DNA of 64,000 nucleotides from Nemertoderma westbladi (Eukaryota > Animalia > Xenacoelomorpha). Numbering within the stretch: the stretch's first letter is position 1; each line of letters begins with the position of its first letter. A program made the position numbers and the translations under genes. Shown one piece after another: positions 47,365 to 57,660 of the stretch. The notes under the pieces were generated by a model, which searched no databases, had not been told where the DNA came from, and saw only the letters and a program-made list of their open reading frames with translations. The stretch lies in NCBI GenBank assembly GCA_032718475.1, contig JAUCBJ010006629.1, positions 62,001-126,000 of the forward strand, written 5' to 3'.

Positions 47365-49752
47365 TTATAGAGACCTCACCTCCTTAGGCACCCAAGCTTC
47401 CTCAATAAATCTTTCTGCCGAATTTTCGAAATTGGGATTATGGATATTCGGGACAGGCGTCCTTACCTGAGGTCTATGTGGTATAGTCTCCTCCGATATG
47501 CGTACTCGTTGACTAGGCTGGACTTTATCTAACTCAGGCCTGCTAGGATTAGAATTACTTCTTACCTGGGCTGCTTCCTTTAACCGTAGGTTGCTAAGCA
47601 TGTCCGTTATAGGTTGGATGTGCGGCGATATAGCTTGCGCTAAACTAGCACTTAACTCGTCCCTCGTAATAAATTCCTGGCTAGGGTTCTGTTGTATAGT
47701 CGGCTCTATCTGAGTAATCCGCTGTCTCTCATATGATCCCTCTTCCGGTTTAACCCGGAAGTTCTCCGTCGAACTGGGTCGGCGCTCCGTCCGCGTATTC
47801 CAAACCCGCGGGTTCGGTTCGCCAAGTACTCGTCCTGTCGGAGTTTCTTCTCTAAATTCTCCGTTCGCTCGTTCGGTGTATAGTGGTGCGGTGTTCCGAT
47901 GACGTAGATCCTGGGCGATAGGTGAAGCACTAATACCAACTGGCGTGCGATATGTAGAGAACGGTTTAACGATCCGTGTACTCGTAATAGCTGGACCGGG
48001 TATAGGAATTCTGGTCGTCATTGACTCGCGTATAGTCGGAGTTCTCGCTTCCTGTTCGGCCTTCTGCAGTGCGAACAGTTCTCGCAACTCTGTCCCTACA
48101 CTCGCCCCACATTCTTCGATCATTCGCATCCCCTTCTCGGCGATTTCATTCGCCTTCCTAGTCCGTTCTTCGCTCTCTAAACTTAATCTCGCACTTTCCA
48201 ACTGCGCCAGTTTACGCTCTTCTTCTTCCCTCGCTCGTCTCGCTGCGCTCTCTTCTTCCACTCGCGCCTTTTCTTCATACAATGCGCGTCTTCTTTTCTC
48301 GATCTCGAGTTCGCGTTCCTTGCGTCCGCGTTCGAGTTGAAGCTCGCGCTCCTTCTGTTCACGATCGAGTTTCTTGCGCTCGCGTTCGGCTTGGAGTTCG
48401 CGTTTCTTCGCTTCCTGTTCGCGTTCGAGTTGGAGTTCGCGTTTCTTCGCTTCCCGTTCGCATTCAAGTTGGAGTTCGCGTTTCTTCGCTTCCCGTTCGC
48501 ATTCGAGTTGGAGTTCGCGTTCTCTCTGTTCGCGTTCGAGTTCCTCGCGCTCGCGCTCGGCTTGGAGTTCACGTTCCCTTTGCTCGCGTTCCGCTCGCTC
48601 GCGCTTACTTATCTCTTCCAACTCTCGTAACTCTGCGTCCAACTTACGTGTGCGCTCCCGTTCCCGCTCGGCTTCCTTCCGTGCTTCCTGTGCACGCAAA
48701 ACTTCCGCCTGCTGTTCGTCTAGTCGGCGTCTTCTCTCCTCCGCCGAGTTGTGAGAAACAAGGGATCTAGCACATATTACCTTACCTCGCGCGTGACTAA
48801 CCTGGGAATCGCCGCTGTCTCTAGATGCGTCGTCGGGTGGAGTCAACGTCCTCTGTTGAATGTTCTCCGTCGTCGGTAGCACCTGGCCTGGTACCACCAC
48901 TCCATTCTGCATCAGCCAGCTAGTAACTTCCCTCTGATAACGGCGCTCTTCCTTATCTTGGATCTCTTCTCGCTCCACTAACTCTCTCAACTCTGCGTCA
49001 CTCACTTGAGTCGCCTGCGTTTGTGATGCCCATAGCAGCCAGTTCTCCGTCCTAACTCGTCGGAATCGCTCCGATAACTCGCGGTGCTCTAACAAGGCTG
49101 CTAAAACCCTGTCGTAAATCCTCGTTGCTACGTCGCTCGACTGAGACTCTACTGCCTTCTTCGCTAGGACTGCAAGCTCCTCTGTCTGCTTGAATAACGC
49201 TGAGTTATATCCTCTTCTAATCTCTACTAACTCTACCCTCCCGATGTTCGCTGGGTCAGCTAACATCTTCCTTACCTTGTCCGCCGTCCGAGTTATATGT
49301 CCGGCATGCGCGCGAAGTTTCTTCTTTATCGCGATATCAAGTTCTCTCTCGCTTACCTGACTCACACTCGGTGGACTTGAAGGATTATTTCGGGAACTAC
49401 GGGTACTCCTAACAGCCGTCGGGACCACGGCACTTACCATACCCACAGGTCTGGAAACCGGGCTCCGGGCTCTCGCTTCTGCTACACTACCCTCCCTATC
49501 ACTCACCTCTGTCCGGGTTGCTGTACAATCCTTCCTTACAGTAGCGGTAGGGGATCCTAATACTATTACCTGAGGCTGCTGTTCTTCCTCACTAGTCACT
49601 GTCTCGTCCTCCTGTTCACTTACGTCAGCGTCGCTCGCTGCGTCGTCATAGTCGGCATTGTCATCAACAGTAATATTTACGCTATCGTCAGTCGGCGGTC
49701 CAGCCGCCGTCTCATAGCTGTCCTCTAGTGCCTCTTTGTCTGAGACACTCAT
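47365..49752 (-). CDS. BEL ORF1, gag N-terminal coiled-coil protein with ERE/KREL repeats
   Basis: 795-aa ATG-initiated ORF between the 5' LTR and gag-pol. Its layout resembles 1546..3912. Confidence 0.8.
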   Translation of the reverse strand: MSVSDKEALEDSYETAAGPPTDDSVNITVDDNADYDDAASDADVSEQEDETVTSEEEQQPQVIVLGSPTATVRKDCTATRTEVSDREGSVAEARARSPVSRPVGMVSAVVPTAVRSTRSSRNNPSSPPSVSQVSERELDIAIKKKLRAHAGHITRTADKVRKMLADPANIGRVELVEIRRGYNSALFKQTEELAVLAKKAVESQSSDVATRIYDRVLAALLEHRELSERFRRVRTENWLLWASQTQATQVSDAELRELVEREEIQDKEERRYQREVTSWLMQNGVVVPGQVLPTTENIQQRTLTPPDDASRDSGDSQVSHARGKVICARSLVSHNSAEERRRRLDEQQAEVLRAQEARKEAERERERTRKLDAELRELEEISKRERAEREQRERELQAEREREELEREQRERELQLECEREAKKRELQLECEREAKKRELQLEREQEAKKRELQAERERKKLDREQKERELQLERGRKERELEIEKRRRALYEEKARVEEESAARRAREEEERKLAQLESARLSLESEERTRKANEIAEKGMRMIEECGASVGTELRELFALQKAEQEARTPTIRESMTTRIPIPGPAITSTRIVKPFSTYRTPVGISASPIAQDLRHRNTAPLYTERANGEFREETPTGRVLGEPNPRVWNTRTERRPSSTENFRVKPEEGSYERQRITQIEPTIQQNPSQEFITRDELSASLAQAISPHIQPITDMLSNLRLKEAAQVRSNSNPSRPELDKVQPSQRVRISEETIPHRPQVRTPVPNIHNPNFENSAERFIEEAWVPKEVRSL

Positions 49753-50936
49753 AGTCTAAATAATATTTGCCTTCCGGCAAAAATCTCGCAAAAGTTCGAG
49801 ATATAATTATAATTTAACCGAAATACGGTCAAATTATTTGTCAAATAATCAGTTGGTCCAAATGTCAAATAAATTCGCAATGCAATATTGTGAATTTAAT
49901 GGGGTATATAGTTATAGCAAATACTAACACAATATTTAAACAAAAAATATTATTATATAGCTACTATATAGTATTAAATACCGGTATAGCACAAAATAAC
50001 TTTGAATCTAATACAAAATATTCAAAATAAACTTGCCACCCGAATATTTCTAATTTTATATATATAGCTCCAATCAACGTAATTTTAATTTCAAATATTA
50101 TATGTATCCACTAGCGCGTGGCTACATCTTCGGGTTGCGACTCTCTCTAACTCTCTCTCTAACTTGAGCGATTCAAAAAACCATGGCCGGCTAAACCTAA
50201 ATATCCTAACTAATAAATTGAGTTCAGCTTCGCAGTTAAACAACCGGTAATTTTTTACTGCTTCCACAAACACAGTGGTGCCAACAGAACAACTAACCTT
50301 GTTTGCTGTGAGATTCCACGTCCGCGTCCAAAGATTCAGGCCCTTCGCTGATTGCAAACCGAACCCGCAGACCCACACGAACCCCAAACTCAGAAGTTCC
50401 GTCTTGCCATGTATCTCCAGATGGTATAAAATAACTAAGCGGTTACCTAACATACCGGTACAAAACTCTAGAATTTTACAAAATAATTTTGACCGAAAAC
50501 TGAATTCTCGCAAACCTAGCTAAAATTTTCAAAAAACTTACTAATTACTGTTTGCCCTAAGGCCTAAGGAACTGCTGTATTCGCAATTAGCAAAACGCAC
50601 TACCGTACATTCACTGTATGCAGCACAGTAAGTAAAACAGTACACCAACCTAACAGCCTAATGATACTGTGTGTGGTACGGCAAACAAATGTCCTTCTAC
50701 CGTCCGCAGTAACAACAATCAGCCTAATGTACTACTGTACTATTGTACGCAGCCAGTGAATACAGTAATCTAAACTAACAGCCTAATAGAATAAATATAC
50801 TCAATGTCTTACTGTACGCTAGCCTATAGCCTACAGCAGACGATCACGTGCTCTAACTTATTACTTAATACTGTGATACTACTAATCAGCCTAAGAATAC
50901 TCTATTGACTGTACGCTACAGCCTACAGCCAATAAA

Positions 50937-50947
50937 GCGCGTATTAC
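50937..50947 (-). promoter_or_regulatory. Atypical primer-binding-site position, GTAATACGCGC (no TGG)
   Basis: Directly follows the 5' LTR CA end on the minus strand. On that strand it is the exact complement of LTR positions 51987-51997. Confidence 0.5.
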
Positions 50948-53076
50948 TGATAAACAACCGCGACCTCTATACTAACAGCAGAACTGTTGAACAGACCAAT
51001 ACCCGTTAATATCCTTCTGCCAACCTAATAAGTTCTCGTCTAACCAATAAGACACGAAGACTGCTCTACTGTTAAGTAAAGGGGCTCAGGAGCGTGATAT
51101 TACTAAATTGTAAGGGTTGCTAAATACAAACCGCTACTTACCGTTAGATGGCGCTAATCTGCCGTCCGCTAATATATTTTACTAAATTTACACAACTCCT
51201 GCAAAATCGCTTGTTCCTTTCTCTACCGATTGCTCGATAGAGAGCTAACTGTTCGAATCTATGAGCCACGCAGGAATAACCAAAACAATAAACCCGAGTC
51301 GGCTCCCTAAGCTTACTTAAGACGAGTGCGAGAGGCCTTGCACTCAGAGTATTCTTACGCCTAATTTTATCACTATTAAAGCACGCTATTACCTACGTCT
51401 TTCTAATCGCGAATACTGGAGGTTCCCTAACGTAATGTGTGAATGCGAGAATATTTAAAATATCAAAATGGTACAGTATCTGTTTCTACGTGGATAATAC
51501 CACTCCGAGTCTAAAACTGCCCGCGACTGGCTTTAGGCCAGCAAAATTACTAGCGTATCGTGCGTACCGAATAGTGCGTTCTAGCTGATTGCCCGCTAAT
51601 GCAAATAACCGCTCAGCGTGAATAGTTTACAGTACACTAATTATTACCTTAGCTACTCTCCGCTATGCTGCGTACTAATTCTTAATTTTTTACTAATTAA
51701 TTACAGTCACAAATATTTAACAGCGTACTAATTACTAAGAGTTCCAGAATACGTAATTCTAATTTATCACGCAACAGGTTTCGCTAGTAATAGCCTAAAT
51801 TGCCGTATTACTTTGACCTAATCAATAACTAATTATTGTAACTAAGAAATAGAAATCAATCAAAGGAAAAAGAGCGCCTATCTAAGCATTCGTAATCTTA
51901 GGCACACTTCAATAACACACCAATCAGCGTTAGAAATCACAGTTTACAATTGTGCAATTCACTACTCGTACTCCACACTCAACGTTGTAATACGCGCAGG
52001 CCTCTCCCGGGTACATCTAGGATTCCTAACTAACCCAATTCCTGCCCCCCTAATACTAAATAGAGACAAAACCTGGATCATCAGCCCCCTAGATACTGTA
52101 CCGGCGATCGGTCTGCGTGCCGCAGTGCAAGATACCCGCCCGCAACGGTGACCCTGGCCAGCGTTGCCCGCTTTGAATCCTCCGCTCTCTCCTAGTCGCT
52201 CAACCCCCCGATGCGCCCACCGCCCACTGGCACCTTAGCCCTCCATGATGCTAATAGCTACCGTAGCGGCGCATGCAAATCACAAAGTCTGACAGTCTCA
52301 GGAATCCCTTGGGATTATTGCGCAGAAAAGAATCACATAGAACCATCAATCAAAGGTAGAAATCATAGTTCGATTGTAATTTGCAGTAATCGAAGGAATT
52401 ATTGAGAAACACAAGCAAAGTAATCGCACTAGCAAATTATTCCAAGAAATTAATCAAAATTAGCAAATTGCAGAAAATACGATATCCTAATACAAAATTA
52501 GAGACAGCTCAGCAAGTAAATTGTAACAGGGGTGTGTCATGTGATAAGGCATGAACATATGAACAAATATATGAACAACAAAAAGCCCTACCGGCACACC
52601 GCCAATTTATAGGTGATCCGGATGGGGTGATGCAATAAGGTGACTCAATCGCTCTCCCATTGGCTCTCCAGTCCATGCTAGCATTAAACCAACCTGGAAG
52701 CAGTTAATCCAATAAGGAGACCGGATTGTAGCCCTATGCCCTCAAATTATTACCATATATGGTAATGGATCACGTCTCTGGCTGCTGAATGGCCAGGACA
52801 GCGTCCCTATATGCTAGCCCTATCAAACTAATATCAGCAAGCACAAAATCCAGGGTCCGAGTAAACTCGCTACCCTGGAACTATCTACATATATCCTAAT
52901 ACAAAATTACGTAGGTAGGGCTACATACTATACAAAATGAATGGATGCAAAATATATGGGCGTTTTAACTTCCTTACCTAAATGTCACCACACTGCGCCT
53001 TATAATACTACATGGACTAATACTGCATACTGCATAATGGACTAATACTGTGGATACAGCGCCATATACCGTAACA
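50948..53076 (-). repeat. 5' LTR (2129 bp)
   Basis: Copy of 33026-35190 with only a handful of substitutions and an indel in short repeats near the outer end. Candidate TATAAAT on the minus strand at ~52605-52611. Confidence 0.97.
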
Positions 53077-53081
53077 CCAAT

Positions 53082-54305
53082 CTTGATACTGAAGGGGATA
53101 TTGGGTTTTTCTTAATTTGCGATTTGAAATATCCCAAAGATATTCATGATCGTACATTAGAACTACCCTTAGCCCCAGAACATTTAAGTGTAAATGAGAC
53201 AATGCTTTCACCATATATGAGGGAACAATATAACAATGTTTGTAAACAAAGAGGTACTAATAGCAAGTATAAGATGTGTACCCCAAAACTTATGTTGACA
53301 CAATTCGATAAAGAATTCTATCATGTAAATTTGAAACTGTTAAAATTTTATATAAAACAAGGTTTAATTGTTACTAAGCTCCATAAATTATATTCTTTCC
53401 ATCAAGACTTTGTATTTGAACCCTATATAGATTTTAATATTAATCAAAGGCGTTTAGCAAAAACGTATATTGAAACAGCTGTTGTGAAGCTTTTGAATAA
53501 TTCGTTATTTGGAAAAACGATTGAAAAAATAAGAGACCGATGCAACTTTCGTATCGCTAATAGTAAAGAGAAGTGCGATTTGTTGGTCAAACGTATAAAT
53601 CACGAAAATTTCATGATTTATAACGATTCCTTATCGGGACATTTATTAGTGAAAGACTCTGTAACTCTCGATAAGCCGGTCTATGTAGGTAGTACTGTCT
53701 TGGACTTGGCTAAATTGGATATGTATGAGTTGTATTACAATAAATTGCTACCTATTGAGAAAGAATTAAACTGCCGAATTTAAATTGTAGCATCAGATAC
53801 GGACTCTTTAATAGGTTGTTACTATAATACATCGCAGAATAATTTTTTAAAAGCCTTAATTAAAAATAATATTCTAGATACATCCAATTACCCCAAGGAT
53901 CACCCTCTCTACAGCGATAAAAATAAATCCAGGCTCTATTACTGCAAAGACGAACTAGCCTCACGTGAAATTAAACAAGCGGTATTTTTAAGACCAAAAT
54001 TATATTCAATTTTAGAATGGAATGAATCCAATATACGACGGGCGAAAGGAATAACAAGAGCTGTCGTGGATAAAAATATTTGCCACGAAGATTATTTGAG
54101 GGCATATTACGATAACGAAGAAATTTCTAAGGGGATGCACCAATTTCAGAGTAAATTACATAAGGTGTATACAGTAGCACGTGATAAGTTTGCTCTCAGC
54201 GCATTTGATGATAAACTTTATTGGGTTAATAAAAATCATTCGCTTCCCTGGGGTCACTATCAAACAAAGGTTGAAAAAGAAAAACAATATACCTATTTAT
54301 CGTGA
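53082..54305 (+). pseudogene. pPolB 3' part (motifs B and C) with an in-frame TAA at 53781
   Basis: Continues KYLTN|LDTEGDIGFFLICDLKYP..LPLAPE, KLLNNSLFGK, stop, IVASDTDS, KDE, LRPKLYS, AKG, DDK. Confidence 0.95.
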
Positions 54306-54313
54306 GCCAAACA

Positions 54314-54859
54314 ATGAACTATCAGATAGTCAATAAGAATGTAAGTTGCCAGCAAGTGTCAGCGATTAATTTTAAAAAATTAAAAAATCAATTATCTGGT
54401 AAACACATACTCAAACCAAATCAGTTTATATATAAGATATTTGGTGCCACATTATTAATATTTAAAAATGGTCATATTACATTATTAGGCAGTAAGTATA
54501 ATTTCCAAAAAGTAAAAAAGCATATATTTGATAAAACTAGTATTAATTTGATTTTAAAATCTGTTAATTTATGTACTTATATTTTTAGTATTAAGTCTGT
54601 AGTCTATAGGTTATTGATAAACAATACCGGGTTTTATGTTGTCTTTGATAATGTGCAACTTCAAGTTATATATGAACCTGAAATTTTTAATAATTGCAAA
54701 ATAAGAATAAATCTTACCGTAATCATTTGCTGCTTTCATACCGGTAAATGTACTTTAATGTGTTCACCTAGCAAATTTCATATTTATTACCCTATATTTA
54801 GTAAACTTGTTAATTATTTATTAATGTTTGGTGTTGTGACTTTAGGTGTTGGTGATTAG
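54314..54859 (+). CDS. TATA-binding protein (TBP)-like protein
   Basis: YQIVN, ATLLIFKNGHITLLGSK, VN, YEPEIF and CCFHTGKCTL follow the TBP two-repeat core (LQN, TTALIFSSGKMVCTGAK, IQN, YEPELF, LIFVSGKVVL). About 181 aa. Confidence 0.75.
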   Translation: MNYQIVNKNVSCQQVSAINFKKLKNQLSGKHILKPNQFIYKIFGATLLIFKNGHITLLGSKYNFQKVKKHIFDKTSINLILKSVNLCTYIFSIKSVVYRLLINNTGFYVVFDNVQLQVIYEPEIFNNCKIRINLTVIICCFHTGKCTLMCSPSKFHIYYPIFSKLVNYLLMFGVVTLGVGD

Positions 54860-54944
54860 AAGGTGAAAATTAAACATTATTATTTTTCAATCAATCTATC
54901 GGTAGTTAGGGAAAACTAACCTCGTTTGAATAAGCATGACTCTC

Positions 54945-55100
54945 ACGGGTTGACTGCGTGCCTAGCTGCGTGGCTGGCTGGCTGACTGCATGACCGACCG
55001 CGAGGCTGGCTGCGTGCCGCGAGGCTGACTGCGTGCTGCGAGGCTGCTGCGTGCCGCGAGGCTGGCTGCGAGGCTGGCAGCGATGCTGCTCTGACTGCGT
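54945..55100. repeat. Short GC-rich gcgaggctg/ctgcgtg repeats
   Basis: Repeated gcgaggctg(g/a)ctgcgtgcc units. Confidence 0.8.
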
Positions 55101-56245
55101 GGTTGACCGCATCCCATGACTGCGTACACATCTGATTATATCCGACTCACGATATTGTATACAATGACTTAGTTTGTTACTGCGGGTGCTGTTACATTAA
55201 TACGGTGGTACCGGTACCGTACTGCAGTACAATGCTAATCAAAGGAAATCAGTATGCTCTATCTGATTATACTGTTACATCAAGAACAGTGACAGTACTG
55301 CAGTACTGTATTGTTTGGGTAGGGGATCTAATCCCTATATGTGAGACTCCTGCATGTAATCTAGGTTATGACAGCAGTATGCTAATCAAGGTTCGGGTAG
55401 ACAGCAGTATCCTTATAGGTGAAAAAAACAAATGCTATTGCATCAGATTACTGCTGTACTGATAAAGTGGATGACAGTTGTGGATAGGAGCTGCGAGGTT
55501 GACCGCATCCCCGCAACGTGGCTGACTGCATACACATCTGATTGTAACTAGCTCACGATATTGTATACATTGGTTTAGTTTGTTACTGCAGGTACTATCG
55601 TACCGGTACTGCAGTACGATGCTAATCAAAGGAAATCAGTATGCTCTATCTGATTATGCTGTTACATCAAGAACAACGACAGTACTGCAGTACTGTATTG
55701 TTTAGGTAGGGGATCTAATCCCTATATGTGAGACCCCTGCATGTAATCTAGGTTATGACAGCAGTATGCTAATCAAGGTTCGGGTAGACAGCAGTATCCT
55801 TATAGGTGAAAAAAAAAACAAGTGCTATTGCATCAGATTACTGCTGTACTGATAAAGTGGATGACAGTTGTGGATAGGAGCTGCGAGGCTAGCTGTGAGG
55901 TTGACTGCATCCTCGCAACGTGGCTGACTGCGTACACATCTGATTGTAACTAGCTCACGATATTGTATACATTGGTTTAGTTTGTTACTGCAGGTACTGT
56001 CGTACCGGTACTGCAGTACAATGCTAATCAAAGGAAATCAGTATGCTTTATCTGATTATGATGTTACATCAAGAACAGCGACAGTACAGCAGTACTGTAT
56101 TGTTTGGATAGGTGATCTAATCCCTATATGTGAGACCCCTGCATGCATCAGATTACTGCTGTACCGATACCACTAGACAGAAACTACAGTGTTGGAAGAG
56201 TAAAACACTACCGGTACTGATAAAGTGGATGACAGTTGTAGATAG
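55101..56245. repeat. ~400-bp tandem repeat (~2.6 copies) between the convergent Polinton gene blocks
   Basis: ggttgac.gcatcc begins units at 55101, 55497 and 55899. Confidence 0.9.
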
Positions 56246-56598
56246 GCCTATAATTTATCAGTACCGGTACCAACAGGTTATCATTACACCCTATACAGAT
56301 TATGTTGCATTTTCTGACTAATATTACTAGTCAACTACTGTATGTGTTATTAGTTTGCGATGTATAGGCTGTTTCACAATACCAGTACATCTATATTAGA
56401 ATGATATCGAGAATACTTACAGTACATGTTACGTCTACATCATATTGTTAAATGTGTATGGTTAACCTAGCGCAATTGACTCTTTTTTAGAGAACTTGTT
56501 GTAAAAAATTATATTTTATTATATTTTTTATATTAACATCAAGATCATCACTAAAATAAAATTATATAATCCCATCACATTACATGCTTAGAGTAAAC

Positions 56599-57171
56599 CT
56601 ACAGTACATCTTTCACCGCAGTTATTTCTTTCTGTTTATCAATATCAACAGTCGCAGTTAAACGCTTCAATTCATAGCCCCCGACTCTTTTCGCTGAGCA
56701 GTACCGCAGACAGTTATCCTCTGTGTTTAAGTGAAACGCGCATACTGTAGTAAATTGATCGTGGAACCGGCATGGGGTTAAATAATCGTGATATTGCTTA
56801 TATATTCCCAATTTCTCCACCGAATTTGGCTCGAGAACATCGAGTTGGGAAACTAATATTGCCTGCTTCATCAACCCAAATACATGAATATTTTTTTTAT
56901 ATTTTAAATGTCTCTTCATATATTTTTTAAAGTCGTCTTGAGAAATGTCTCCATAGGCCCAGGGCAAGTGAGAAGTCATATCACGTAAATTGTTTACGTG
57001 AGCTGCATCTAAAGCTGATAATTTAATATTAGGCGGGCCTTTAATTAAAAACGTCTTTACATTAGTTTTGGTGTAATTAGAATCGAAAATAGCAAATTCT
57101 TTAAATACTACCGGATACTCCTTATTGTCTATCTTATAATATTGAAAATCAACAAAAATAATATTATCCAT
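56599..57171 (-). CDS. Polinton DnaQ/DEDD-like protein with a Cys/His C-terminus
   Basis: IFVDFQ...FKEFA, HLPW..G and C.FH....C motifs, as in small Maverick exonuclease-like ORFs. Confidence 0.6.
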   Translation of the reverse strand: MDNIIFVDFQYYKIDNKEYPVVFKEFAIFDSNYTKTNVKTFLIKGPPNIKLSALDAAHVNNLRDMTSHLPWAYGDISQDDFKKYMKRHLKYKKNIHVFGLMKQAILVSQLDVLEPNSVEKLGIYKQYHDYLTPCRFHDQFTTVCAFHLNTEDNCLRYCSAKRVGGYELKRLTATVDIDKQKEITAVKDVL

Positions 57172-57202
57172 TTTATCTGATACATAAAAGCTAAATGATT
57201 AA

Positions 57203-57658
57203 TTACAAAGTTTGTTGGTTTAATTTATAATAATTAACAAGCCAATTATATAATATTATTTCATTTATTTCCACATTATTTGTAAACGCACTCATTGGAT
57301 AGTTTGTGTCAATTCGATTTACTAAGTAATAGAGACAGTACAGACCGCATGTGGTCCTCCTGGGGTCTTGAAATTGTTTGCGGGTAGTACGCCATCTTGC
57401 GGAATTTTTCTCAAGCCATTTTTCGATACATCTGTTTGGATATTTTGGTCCAAACGAGTCAAATACTTCAGCTTCATTATCTCGTATATATATAGCAATC
57501 CAATGAACCCCGGGTAGATGCTGTTTATCGGTGTTTACTATTAAACCATAATCTCTCCGCTTATTATTATTATCTAATTTAGGTAATTTGTTAGCTGGAA
57601 ACGCTCCCAAATAGTGACCACCCACTGGAAACATATCAAGGTCCTCTGTAGATAACAT
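57203..57658 (-). CDS. Adenain-like cysteine protease
   Basis: VNTD....PG.HW.A, FDSFG and Q......CGLYC. Confidence 0.92.
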   Translation of the reverse strand: MLSTEDLDMFPVGGHYLGAFPANKLPKLDNNNKRRDYGLIVNTDKQHLPGVHWIAIYIRDNEAEVFDSFGPKYPNRCIEKWLEKNSARWRTTRKQFQDPRRTTCGLYCLYYLVNRIDTNYPMSAFTNNVEINEIILYNWLVNYYKLNQQTL

Positions 57659-57660
57659 AC

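Larger units (their letters stand above)
33026..53076 (-). mobile_element. Full-length BEL/Pao LTR retrotransposon, 20,051 bp, inserted in pPolB
   Basis: TG...CA LTRs, 5-bp TSD CCAAT (33021-33025 and 53077-53081), intact gag-pol. Confidence 0.97.

Noticed and set aside
48282-48770. RV-, LEF- and SR-repeat plus-strand ORFs
   Set aside because: They are antisense shadows of the ORF1 coiled-coil repeats.
50914-50931. TGGCTGTAGG... as a displaced tRNA PBS
   Set aside because: It is 16 nt from the LTR, is part of local cagccta repeats and matches no tRNA 3' end I recognise.
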